A stretch of DNA of 64,000 nucleotides from an uncultured virus (IMG/VR IMGVR_UViG_3300036766_001530). Lineage: Duplodnaviria > Heunggongvirae > Uroviricota > Caudoviricetes. The stretch lies in the IMG/VR virus record IMGVR_UViG_3300036766_001530. One strand, written 5' to 3'. Shown in pieces: positions 55,061 to 62,481 of this stretch; the first letter of the stretch is position 1; each line of letters starts with the position of its first letter. Under the pieces are notes generated by a model. That model was not told where the DNA came from. It saw nothing but the letters and a program-made list of their open reading frames with translations, and searched no databases. A program made the position numbers and the translations under genes.

Positions 55061-55094
55061 TGGAAAGAAAACCCGGCGGCTCGCCACACGACGA

Positions 55095-55170
55095 GCCGTC
55101 AGCGCCCGACTGGACGGGCACCGGCCTTTTAAGCCGGCCTGAGGGAGTTCAAGTCTCCCTGACGGCACCA
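55095..55170 (+). tRNA. trnK: tRNA-Lys(TTT)
   Basis: CCGGC-CTTTTAA-GCCGG, CCA end. Confidence 0.85.
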
Positions 55171-55199
55171 GATTTCCCGTACTGCTTCGACGAGATCCC

Positions 55200-55272
55200 G
55201 GATCGGTAGCCAAGCTGGAAAGGCACCTGACTCTTAATCAGGCAACCGAGAGTTCGACCCTCTCCCGATCCA
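55200..55272 (+). tRNA. trnK: tRNA-Lys(CTT)
   Basis: CCTGA-CTCTTAA-TCAGG. Confidence 0.88.
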
Positions 55273-55296
55273 CCGAAAATGAAAGGAGGAACGACG

Positions 55297-55470
55297 ATGC
55301 CGAAGGCGAGAACATTCATCGACGACCGGAACACGATCGAGGTCGACGTGGTCGTCGGCCCCAGCTCGACGGGGCTCTGCAAGGTCGCCTACGGATCGCG
55401 CATCCTCGTCCGGCACAAGGATCGCCTCGAACCGCTCAACGAGGAGGCTCGCAGGATGCTCGGCAAGTAG
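55297..55470 (+). CDS. Small hypothetical protein within the tRNA array
   Basis: AAAGGAGG RBS, strong GC3 bias. Confidence 0.65.
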   Translation: MPKARTFIDDRNTIEVDVVVGPSSTGLCKVAYGSRILVRHKDRLEPLNEEARRMLGK

Positions 55471-55480
55471 CACGCAATGA

Positions 55481-55551
55481 TCCGGTCTCGTCCAACGGCA
55501 GGACACGCGCCTCTGGAGCGCGTTATCGGAGTTCGAGTCTCTGGACCGGAA
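55481..55551 (+). tRNA. trnQ: tRNA-Gln(CTG)
   Basis: CGCGC-CTCTGGA-GCGCG. Confidence 0.88.
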
Positions 55552-55655
55552 CGAAAAGAGAAAGGAGGAAGAACATGGTGACCGCAGCTCTCATCGTGAT
55601 CGCGTATCTCGCAGGCTACCAATCGGGCCGACTCCCCAGTCGTCGGCGCTGATTT

Positions 55656-55726
55656 TCGGGGATCGGTCAACGGCAGGCCAGCAGGCTTTGACCCTGTGAA
55701 TCTGGGTTCGAGTCCCAGTCCCCGAA
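55656..55726 (+). tRNA. trnQ: tRNA-Gln(TTG)
   Basis: GCAGG-CTTTGAC-CCTGT. Confidence 0.88.
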
Positions 55727-55895
55727 CTACACGAAGGGTCGCTCCCTCGTCGGATCTCTGACAAGTTAATAGGAAACGTCGTCGCGGTCGGACCCGCGCG
55801 CACGCGCACACCCGTGCGCGTCCAGCGTGGGAAGCCAGCCGACCGCAAATCACGTCCCCGGGCCCGCCTCATGAGGGTTGGTGCCGGGGACAACT

Positions 55896-55969
55896 GCCCC
55901 GTGTAGCTCACCTGGTAGAGCAATCGCCTGAAGAGCGATGGGTAGCCGGTTCAACTCCGGCCCGGGGCG
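55896..55969 (+). tRNA. trnF: tRNA-Phe(GAA)
   Basis: ATCGC-CTGAAGA-GCGAT. Confidence 0.88.
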
Positions 55970-56046
55970 CTCAAGTATCTGCGTGTAGCGCAGCGGACCG
56001 GTCGCCGGAGGCGAGCGGAATCCCCTCAGGTCCGGAAAGATCACAT

Positions 56047-56124
56047 CAGCGTGTAGCTCAGCCTGGCCAGAGCACTCGCCTCGGACGCGAGAGGCCGTTC
56101 GTTCAAATCGAACCACGCTGACCA
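56047..56124 (+). tRNA. trnP: tRNA-Pro(CGG)
   Basis: CTCGC-CTCGGAC-GCGAG, CCA. Confidence 0.9.
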
Positions 56125-56130
56125 AAGCAT

Positions 56131-56203
56131 GGGGGCGTAGCTCAGTGGTTAGAGCAGTCGGTCGATAACCGACAGGCCGCAAGTTCGAGTCTTGCCGCCC
56201 CTA
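56131..56203 (+). tRNA. trnI: tRNA-Ile(GAT), C33
   Basis: GTCGG-TCGATAA-CCGAC. Confidence 0.88.
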
Positions 56204-56353
56204 CTCCAGCGACACGAGCGTCTGCTCGTCGGGCCTACCAACCGATCGCGCCAGGGTGGGTAACTCCCCCGACTTGAGGCGCCGGCCGGGTCGAGCGATC
56301 GGGAACTGACCAGCAACGGTGGATGAGCCACGCTCGCGTCGCACTTTCCCCAG

Positions 56354-56593
56354 CTATCTGATCGCTAGCATCCCGGTCACGAACTCCTCGACTGTAATCT
56401 GGTGCAGGCTGCCCGAGGCAAACTCGATGTTCGCCTGCTTCTCCGAGAACGAGACCTTCAACCCGGCGCCCTGGGCGATGACGAGGGCCATCGCGATCCG
56501 GAGAGCTTCTCGAAGCTCAAGCGCGGAGCGGAGATCGGCTTCGAGAGCGAGCTGAAGGGTCCGCCGGAGCGAACCTTCGAGTTCCTTCGTCAT
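56354..56593 (-). CDS. Small hypothetical protein antisense to the tRNA array
   Basis: 79 aa ORF MTKELEGSLRR... filling the gap between tRNAs. Confidence 0.5.
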   Translation of the reverse strand: MTKELEGSLRRTLQLALEADLRSALELREALRIAMALVIAQGAGLKVSFSEKQANIEFASGSLHQITVEEFVTGMLAIR

Positions 56594-56640
56594 GCCAGGG
56601 TAGACGCTCCGAGATCGCTTCTTCTGACAGCAGTTTTTCT

Positions 56641-56715
56641 GGTGGCCGTAGCCAAGGGGTAAGGCAGCGGGTTGTGGCCCCGCCATCGTGGGTTCGATTC
56701 CCATCGGTCACCCCA
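56641..56715 (+). tRNA. trnH: tRNA-His(GTG)
   Basis: G-1, GCGGG-TTGTGGC-CCCGC, CCA. Confidence 0.92.
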
Positions 56716-56722
56716 CCATCAT

Positions 56723-56799
56723 CAGGGCGTAGCGCAGTCTGGTAGCGCGCTCGCTTTGGAAGCGAGAGGCCGCTGGTTCAAGTCCAGCCGCCCTGACCA
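56723..56799 (+). tRNA. trnP: tRNA-Pro(TGG)
   Basis: CTCGC-TTTGGAA-GCGAG, CCA. Confidence 0.92.
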
Positions 56800-56808
56800 C
56801 GAACGAGA

Positions 56809-56881
56809 GGGGCCGTAGCTCAACTGGGAGAGCGCTTCGTCGGCAACGAAGAGGCAGCCGGTTCGACTCCGGTCGGCTCCA
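56809..56881 (+). tRNA. trnA: tRNA-Ala(GGC), C33
   Basis: CTTCG-TCGGCAA-CGAAG; G3:U70 pair. Confidence 0.9.
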
Positions 56882-56888
56882 CGAACAT

Positions 56889-56960
56889 AGGCGGCGCGCA
56901 GGGCGCAGGCCGGTCTCCAAAACCAGCCATCGGAGAGTTCGAGTCTCTCGCCGCCTGCCA
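56889..56960 (+). tRNA. trnW: tRNA-Trp(CCA), shortened D arm
   Basis: Loop CTCCAAA, acceptor AGGCGGC/GCCGCCT, CCA. Confidence 0.75.
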
Positions 56961-57019
56961 TCTGGAAGGGCGTGAGCCGCGAAGCGGCGAACTCCGGTCC
57001 GAGTCCGATTCACATCCTC

Positions 57020-57103
57020 GGAAGGGTGGGGTAACGGTAGCCCTCCGGTCCCGAAAACCGGCCAGCCTAAACCGCTGTGCGAGTTCGATTCTCGCCCCTT
57101 CCT
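57020..57103 (+). tRNA. trnS: tRNA-Ser(CGA), C33
   Basis: CCGGT-CCCGAAA-ACCGG, long variable arm. Confidence 0.85.
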
Positions 57104-57118
57104 CAAGGTCTTCTTCTC

Positions 57119-57205
57119 GGAGAGGAGACGAATGTCGGTTAGTCGTAGCGGTTTGCTAAACCGCCGAGCCGCAAGGCTCCGAGGGTCCGACTCCCTCCCT
57201 CTCCT
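57119..57205 (+). tRNA. trnS: tRNA-Ser(GCT)
   Basis: GCGGT-TTGCTAA-ACCGC, long variable arm. Confidence 0.82.
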
Positions 57206-57220
57206 CCGTCAGATCAACCC

Positions 57221-57295
57221 GGCTCGGTAGCCAAGAGGCAAGGCAATCGCCTGCAAAGCGATCATCGTCGAGTTCAAATCTCACCCGAGCCTCCA
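57221..57295 (+). tRNA. trnC: tRNA-Cys(GCA)
   Basis: ATCGC-CTGCAAA-GCGAT, U73, CCA. Confidence 0.88.
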
Positions 57296-57514
57296 CGCGA
57301 GGAGCCAGTCATGAAGTGCATGGTCTGCAAGGGCCCGTTCCACCCGGCGAGCGGGCACGCCTGGTCCGAGGAAGCCGTCGTGTGCGGACCCTGCATCCGC
57401 CACTTCTACGAGTGGGTGCGCGGGCAGACTCACCCGAGACACCTGTGGAACGGCTCGAACTTCTATGTCGCAGCGGCAACGAGCATCCGAGCCCCGTCGT
57501 CAAAGTCTGATCGT

Positions 57515-57586
57515 GTGGATGTAGCTCAGCGGTAGAGCGCGGCCTTGCCAAGGCCGAGGTCGTGGGTCCGATCCCCATCATCCACT
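57515..57586 (+). tRNA. trnG: tRNA-Gly(GCC)
   Basis: CGGCC-TTGCCAA-GGCCG. Confidence 0.9.
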
Positions 57587-57599
57587 CCGACTCGCAAGT

Positions 57600-57629
57600 G
57601 CGGACGTGGCCGAGTGGTAAGGCGCCACC
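57600..57629 (+). pseudogene. 5' fragment of a tRNA truncated by the hairpin repeat
   Basis: GCGGACGTGGCCGAGTGGTAAGGCGCCACC (acceptor 5' strand + D arm) runs directly into GTGAG at 57630. Confidence 0.75.
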
Positions 57630-57690
57630 GTGAGTCGCGGAGCGACGAACTCCGCTCCGGCTCCGGCTCCGGCTCCGGTAGAATACAGGC

Positions 57691-57981
57691 ATGGATCTCG
57701 ACAAGCTCCGGACCGAGTGGCCGAAAGCGATCTACGTCGTCGTCACCGAGACTCCCGATGGTCAGCAGAATGTGCTCGCCCATGGCCGGTCGGTGTCCAT
57801 GCTCAGGGTCTCGATGCTGAAGAGCAACGAGGAGCGCAAGTGGAAGATCGTCCAGCTCCGGCAGCTTCCGACGGCTCTCGCGCGCAGGCGCGGGCGCATC
57901 AAGACCCTGGCCGAGATGCGGGCCGAGAACGATGCCGAAGAGCGCAACCGAATCGCCGCCCTCGCGAAACAGGACAAGTAG
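57691..57981 (+). CDS. Hypothetical protein (leaderless)
   Basis: TAGAAT 6 nt before ATG; strong GC3 bias. Confidence 0.7.
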   Translation: MDLDKLRTEWPKAIYVVVTETPDGQQNVLAHGRSVSMLRVSMLKSNEERKWKIVQLRQLPTALARRRGRIKTLAEMRAENDAEERNRIAALAKQDK

Positions 57982-57984
57982 CAC

Positions 57985-58056
57985 GCGCCGGTAGCTCAGC
58001 GGTAGAGCGCCAGGTTTCCACCCTGGATGTCGGGAGTTCGATCCTCCTCCGGTGCT
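57985..58056 (+). tRNA. trnG: tRNA-Gly(TCC)
   Basis: CCAGG-TTTCCAC-CCTGG. Confidence 0.88.
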
Positions 58057-58066
58057 CAAGCGACAC

Positions 58067-58138
58067 GCCCAAGTAGCTCAGCGGCAGAGCAGCGCTTTCG
58101 TAAAGCGCAGGTCGTCGGTTCAATCCCGACCTTGGGCT
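58067..58138 (+). tRNA. trnT: tRNA-Thr(CGT)
   Basis: GCGCT-TTCGTAA-AGCGC. Confidence 0.9.
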
Positions 58139-58139
58139 C

Positions 58140-58218
58140 TGCGGGGAGGGTGGACATAGTTCCCGAGCGGGCCTCATAAGCCTGCCCACGCCGGGTGCAA
58201 CGCCGGCCTCCGCTACCA
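58140..58218 (+). tRNA. trnM: tRNA-Met(CAT), initiator-like, atypical D and T arms
   Basis: CGGGC-CTCATAA-GCCTG, 1:72 mismatch, ACCA end. Confidence 0.65.
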
Positions 58219-58337
58219 TTCCTAGAAGACCGATCGGAGCGCGTGAGCCTCCTCGCCTCGCCCAGGTTCCCTTGATCAGAGGTTGGTCCTGGGTAGGGCG
58301 GGCTTCCACCCACTCCGCGCTCCGTCGGTCGAGTACG

Positions 58338-58607
58338 TCAGCTCCAACCTTCGAGCACCACGAACTCGTGGAAGCCACATCCCGGGTGCGGGCAGACGAC
58401 GGACGGCGAAGGCCGGCCGGAATCGTCGATTCGATGTTTCGCCAGCGGTGAGCCGCGGAGCGGCGAACTCCGCTCCGACTCCGAGTCCGAAGAGATGCGA
58501 TGGTTCGCAAGCGAGAACGGTCGATCACACGCAGGACAGACGCAGATCGCCGTCTTCACCATCCGAGGCTTGGTCGCACCGGGGTCCCAGACCGGCTCGA
58601 CGGACAT
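58338..58607 (-). CDS. Small Cys/His protein with an in-frame repeat insertion
   Basis: CPAC...LANHRI-[repeat]-LAKHRIDDSGRPSPSVVCPHPGCGFHEFVVLEGW; start uncertain. Confidence 0.6.
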   Translation of the reverse strand: MSVEPVWDPGATKPRMVKTAICVCPACDRPFSLANHRISSDSESERSSPLRGSPLAKHRIDDSGRPSPSVVCPHPGCGFHEFVVLEGWS

Positions 58608-58729
58608 CGACCAGGTGCCCGGGGCCGTCCGCACGCGCAAGATACTCGGCACCCTGCGAAACACGTTTCTCCGAACGTGAGCCGCGAAGCGGCGAACTCC
58701 TCTCCGGTCCGGTCCGGCCCGATCGAATT

Positions 58730-58802
58730 GCTGGCGTAGCTCAACTGGTAGAGCAGCCGATCTGTACTCGGCAGGTTGTGGGTTCGATGCCTGTCGCCAG
58801 CT
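58730..58802 (+). tRNA. trnT: tRNA-Thr(TGT), C33
   Basis: GCCGA-TCTGTAC-TCGGC. Confidence 0.88.
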
Positions 58803-58835
58803 CCGATTCCCGTAGATGAAGACCTCGGCCACCAT

Positions 58836-58925
58836 TCCAGGATAGCTCAACTGGCAGAGCGCCCGCCCGTTAAGCGGGATGCCCGAAAGGGGTTTCTGGG
58901 GGTTCGAGCCCCTCTCCTGGAGCCA
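58836..58925 (+). tRNA. trnN: tRNA-Asn(GTT), C33, long variable arm
   Basis: CCCGC-CCGTTAA-GCGGG, TCCAGGA/TCCTGGA acceptor, G73 CCA. Confidence 0.85.
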
Positions 58926-59540
58926 GCTCCACGGCGTAACCCATCCCGGCCGCGTTCGTGTATCATCCCACGCGGTGCCCGAGCACGACCACACGATCTC
59001 CTGTCTCGAAGAAGTCGAGGGCCAGCTCGTGTGCAAGGTCGACGCCCTCCGGAGGCCCATGACCGAATCCGAAGCCGACGCCCGAGCGAAGTCGCTCTGG
59101 GGCAACCGCGGCTTCGCCATCGAGATCGTCCCGGGCGTCTTCCGGGTCGGCTTCCATCGCCAGGGCAACCTCAGTGGCCGGCTCTCGACCACCAAGGGTG
59201 AGGGGACGAGCTTCGAGGAGGCCTTCGGCAGCTCGGGTGCTGAGGGCACCGAGAAGCTCCGCAAGGCCGGCGCCAAGGTCACGGTCGAGCAAGCTGAGGT
59301 CCTCCGCCGGCTCAGCACGGGAGCAGGCCGGCTCATCAGGATACACGGCGGCTTCTGGACGACTCCGGAGATGCCGATGAAACCCGACCGCAAGGAGAAG
59401 GTCCCGCAGTGGTGGACCAGCGTCCAGACCGTCCGCGCGATGGAGCGCAAGGGTTGGCTCGATCGTGCCAACAGGCTCCCCGAGGAGTGGAAGGACGATC
59501 GCGTGCTCACCGAAGCTGGCAGAGAACTTCTCGGGCGATC

Positions 59541-60329
59541 ATGAGTGTCGACGTCCATAAGTACGTCGAGGCCAAGATTGGCGTGTGGATCAAGCGTCAG
59601 CTCTACGCCGCGAACCCGAGGCTCGGCACCTGTTGGAAGATCGTCCTGCGGCACATGAAGCCGGACGGCAGCGTCAGCGCCGATGTCCACACGTATCTGC
59701 TCGAAAGCGATCCAGCCCAGCTTCAGCCCGCCGATCTGGAGATCATCCTCGGCGAGATCGCCAACGCAGCCATCGCCCACGTCAACGTGCTTGCCGGCGT
59801 CCAGCGCTACGCCCTCTTCTCGTACTTCTCCCAGATCGACACTTCCCCGTCGTGCTTCCCCTTCCTGATCCAGAGCGAGAACCCGGCCCCGTACGAGCCG
59901 TCGTCGCGGATGATTCCTCCGGAGCCAACTCGCGAGTACGAGTCCTACCTCATTCTCCATCACACCCAGATCGGCGAGACATGCAGCCCGCTCTATGAAG
60001 TCGGCCACCTCCTGCCCGGAAATCGGTACTTCATAGAAGCAATCGCGGGCACGTACGTGGAAGCCCAGGTTCACGCTTTCTACGTCAGGCTCCAGTGGAT
60101 GCTAATCAGATTCCCGATGTGGGCGAGGAAAGGTCCCGAGTGGGAGCACTCGATCGAAAATCTCCGGCGATATGCAGTAAAGCACCTGCGACTGACTCCC
60201 GCTCGGGAGATCGCCAAGCACCCAGCGCTCGTCACCGATCTCGTTACCCTGTTCGGACGATCGAAAAACAAGGCCATCCGCAAGAAGCTGGCCACCATCC
60301 GGAAGATGAGCCGTCGAAGCGGCGAGTGA
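59541..60329 (+). CDS. Hypothetical protein ending in a nested repeat cluster
   Basis: MSVDVHKYVEAK...; stop TGA derives from the repeat at 60326. Confidence 0.6.
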   Translation: MSVDVHKYVEAKIGVWIKRQLYAANPRLGTCWKIVLRHMKPDGSVSADVHTYLLESDPAQLQPADLEIILGEIANAAIAHVNVLAGVQRYALFSYFSQIDTSPSCFPFLIQSENPAPYEPSSRMIPPEPTREYESYLILHHTQIGETCSPLYEVGHLLPGNRYFIEAIAGTYVEAQVHAFYVRLQWMLIRFPMWARKGPEWEHSIENLRRYAVKHLRLTPAREIAKHPALVTDLVTLFGRSKNKAIRKKLATIRKMSRRSGE

Positions 60330-60473
60330 GCCGCGAAGGTGAGCCGCGAAGGTGAGCCGCGAAGCGGCGAACTCCGGCTCCGGCTCCGGCTCCGTTTCAG
60401 TCTGTCCCTGTCGTCTAGCGTGAGCCGCGAAGCGGCGAACTCCGACTCCGGCTTCTGCTCCGATTCAATCTCT

Positions 60474-60548
60474 GTCCCTGTCGTCTAGCTGGCCCAGGAC
60501 GCTGCCCCCTCAAGGCAGAAACGTAGGGTCCGAATCCCTCCAGGGACG
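60474..60548 (+). tRNA. trnE: tRNA-Glu(CTC), C33
   Basis: CTGCC-CCCTCAA-GGCAG. Confidence 0.85.
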
Positions 60549-60602
60549 CCCAGCTCCCGTCGTCTACGTGAGCCGCGAAGCGGCGAACTCCGCTCCGATC
60601 AC

Positions 60603-60675
60603 GCTCCCATCGTCTACTGGCTAGGACCCGCGCCCTTCAAGCGCGAGAAGAGCGGATCGAAACCGCCTGGGAGCA
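60603..60675 (+). tRNA. trnE: tRNA-Glu(TTC), C33
   Basis: CGCGC-CCTTCAA-GCGCG. Confidence 0.85.
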
Positions 60676-60681
60676 CCTCAT

Positions 60682-60754
60682 GCGCTCGTAGCTCAGTGGA
60701 CAGAGCAGCGGCCTTCTAAGCCGCGGGTCGCTGGTTCGATCCCAGCCGAGCGCA
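60682..60754 (+). tRNA. trnR: tRNA-Arg(TCT)
   Basis: GCGGC-CTTCTAA-GCCGC. Confidence 0.92.
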
Positions 60755-60834
60755 CTTCGCCTTTTCCTTCCGGCCTTGTAGGAAGGTTGTGACCACCGAT
60801 CGCGCATGCCTCCCCGCCTTGTAGGGAGGGCCAA

Positions 60835-60913
60835 GCCCCCGTCGTCTAACTGGATAGGACACCTGGCTACGAACCAGGAGATTTTGCAGGTTCAACTCCT
60901 GCCGGGGGCACCA
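60835..60913 (+). tRNA. trnR: tRNA-Arg(ACG)
   Basis: CCTGG-CTACGAA-CCAGG, CCA. Confidence 0.9.
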
Positions 60914-60914
60914 A

Positions 60915-60987
60915 GCCAGCGTAGCTCAGAGGCCAGAGCGGCCGGTTCATATCCGGCGGGTCATCGGTCCGAATCCGATCGCTGGTA
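60915..60987 (+). tRNA. tRNA with CAT anticodon (elongator Met or Ile2)
   Basis: GCCGG-TTCATAT-CCGGC. Confidence 0.8.
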
Positions 60988-61060
60988 CGAAGAACGGGGT
61001 GTAGCGCAGAGTGAGTCGCGAAGCGACGAACTCCGGTCCGGAGGTCCGGACGCTAATATA

Positions 61061-61134
61061 CGGGGTGTAGCGCAGTCAGGCAGCGCGCGTGTTCGGGGAA
61101 CACGAGGTCGCGGGTTCGAGTCCCGCCACTCCGA
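61061..61134 (+). tRNA. trnP: tRNA-Pro(GGG), C33
   Basis: CGTGT-TCGGGGA-ACACG; flanked by repeats on both sides. Confidence 0.88.
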
Positions 61135-61188
61135 CGTGAGCCGCGAAGGTGAGTCGCAAAGCGACGAACTCCGCTCCGGTCCGATCGT

Positions 61189-61278
61189 GGAGAGATGCCC
61201 GAGTGGTAAGGGGCCTGGTTGGAAGCCAGAAGCCGACCGGAGACGGTCGCGCGAGTTCGACTCTCGCTCTCTCCTCCA
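61189..61278 (+). tRNA. trnS: tRNA-Ser(GGA)
   Basis: Loop TTGGAAG, long variable arm, CCA. Confidence 0.88.
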
Positions 61279-61477
61279 AGTAGAATAGCGGGGACCGCCG
61301 ACCCTGGTTCCCCAAGACGAGCCCGAGTCGGAGATGGTCTCTGGCCCCGGGATCGACTTCTTTCCCAGGATCGGCGGTCGCTTAGCGAGTGGTGAACCGC
61401 TCCAGTCCAAGCAACAGCCAGCACCATGTCAGACACGGTGCTTGACAAAATGTAATACGTCTGATATTCGAGAGGCG

Positions 61478-61771
61478 ATGCCTACCGTCAGCCGCTTCCT
61501 GGGCCTCACGATCGCCATATTCGCGGGAGATCACGGCGTCCCACACATCCACGCCAGGCGCGGAAGCTACGGACGCCGGGGACGTGGTGGTGCTGGAATG
61601 CGGATGGGCGTCTTCGACATGCGCACTGGAACGATGATGGAAGGCGATCTGGATGCCGTGGACTCTGCTCGTGTCACAGCTTGGGTTTCGATCAGACAGA
61701 AGGAGTTGATGGAAGATGCGCAGCTCGTCATCGAAGGAAAGAAAGTCAAGAAGATCGATCCGCTTCGTTGA
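61478..61771 (+). CDS. DUF4160-family protein (putative toxin of a DUF4160/DUF2442 pair)
   Basis: MPTVSRFLGLTIAIFAGDHGVPHIHA...W...RQKELME...KIDPL. Confidence 0.85.
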   Translation: MPTVSRFLGLTIAIFAGDHGVPHIHARRGSYGRRGRGGAGMRMGVFDMRTGTMMEGDLDAVDSARVTAWVSIRQKELMEDAQLVIEGKKVKKIDPLR

Positions 61772-62042
61772 GGTCAAGGATGTGCGAGCCGTCGGAGAAT
61801 ACCGGCTCGAACTCCTCCTCACGGACGGATCGCTCATCGAGCGCGATCTGAGCCAGTTCGTTGCGAAGCATGCCGTCGGACTTCGTTCGCGGCTCAGAGA
61901 TCCGAAGTTCTTTCGCCGGGCTCGGCCGGGCCTCGGCACCGTCGTCTGGTCAAGAGACGTCGACATCTGCCCCCACATGCTCATCTGGCAAAAATTCCCG
62001 ACGCCAACCAGGGGGCGTCCGCGAAAATTCGCTGTTGTTTAG
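61716..62042 (+). CDS. DUF2442-family protein (putative antitoxin); start uncertain
   Basis: VKDVRAVGEYRLELLLTDG...DL...LRDPKFF...GTVVW..DVDICP. Confidence 0.8.
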   Translation: MRSSSSKERKSRRSIRFVEVKDVRAVGEYRLELLLTDGSLIERDLSQFVAKHAVGLRSRLRDPKFFRRARPGLGTVVWSRDVDICPHMLIWQKFPTPTRGRPRKFAVV

Positions 62043-62053
62043 GCGGAACCAAG

Positions 62054-62287
62054 ATGCGCATCACAAGAGATGATCTCCAACCCAAGAAGTCCAAGACGGT
62101 TACGATTCGAGTTCAAGCATCCGTCCTGAAGAAGCTCAAGTCAGAAGCTCGTTCCCTCGGAATAGGCCACACGAGCTTGGCTCGGGTGATTCTGGAAAAG
62201 TGGGTGGATGGGTTGGCTGCAAGCCGCCCCCTCAACTCTTCACGCGCGTCGTCTAGCGGCCAAGGCCCCTCGTCGACAACGAGGTGA
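62054..62287 (+). CDS. CopG/RHH-type antitoxin-like protein
   Basis: KSKTVTIRVQASVLKKLKSEARSLGIGHTSLARVIL; 3' end overlaps tRNA-Val. Confidence 0.7.
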   Translation: MRITRDDLQPKKSKTVTIRVQASVLKKLKSEARSLGIGHTSLARVILEKWVDGLAASRPLNSSRASSSGQGPSSTTR

Positions 62288-62314
62288 TCGGCAGTTCGAG
62301 TCTGCCCGCGCGTA
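62242..62314 (+). tRNA. trnV: tRNA-Val(GAC), C33
   Basis: CCTCG-TCGACAA-CGAGG; ACGCGCG/CGCGCGT acceptor. Confidence 0.85.
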
Positions 62315-62320
62315 CTCCGA

Positions 62321-62367
62321 TCTCGTGTAGCTCAACCGGTGCAGAGCATCGTCCCCAAAGACGAAGG
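62321..62367 (+). pseudogene. 5' two-thirds of a tRNA truncated by the hairpin repeat
   Basis: GTAGCTCAACCGGTGCAGAGC D arm and TCGTC/GACGA stem, then GTGAG at 62368 in place of the T arm. Confidence 0.7.
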
Positions 62368-62408
62368 GTGAGTCGCGGAGCGACGAACTCCGCTCCGGTC
62401 CGGATCAA

Positions 62409-62481
62409 ACGAGCGTAGCTCAGCGGCTAGAGCGTCCGCCCCACACGCGGAAAGTCGAGGGTTCAAGTCCCTCCGCTCGTA
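62409..62481 (+). tRNA. trnV: tRNA-Val(CAC), C33
   Basis: TCCGC-CCCACAC-GCGGA. Confidence 0.88.

Noticed and set aside
55978..56040. Additional tRNA between Phe and Pro
   Set aside because: Only a GTGTAGCGCAG start is recognisable; no complete cloverleaf.
60306..61185. CRISPR-like repeat/spacer pattern
   Set aside because: Spacing is irregular, intervening sequences are tRNA genes or fragments, the same repeat is dispersed across 57 kb, and no cas genes are visible.
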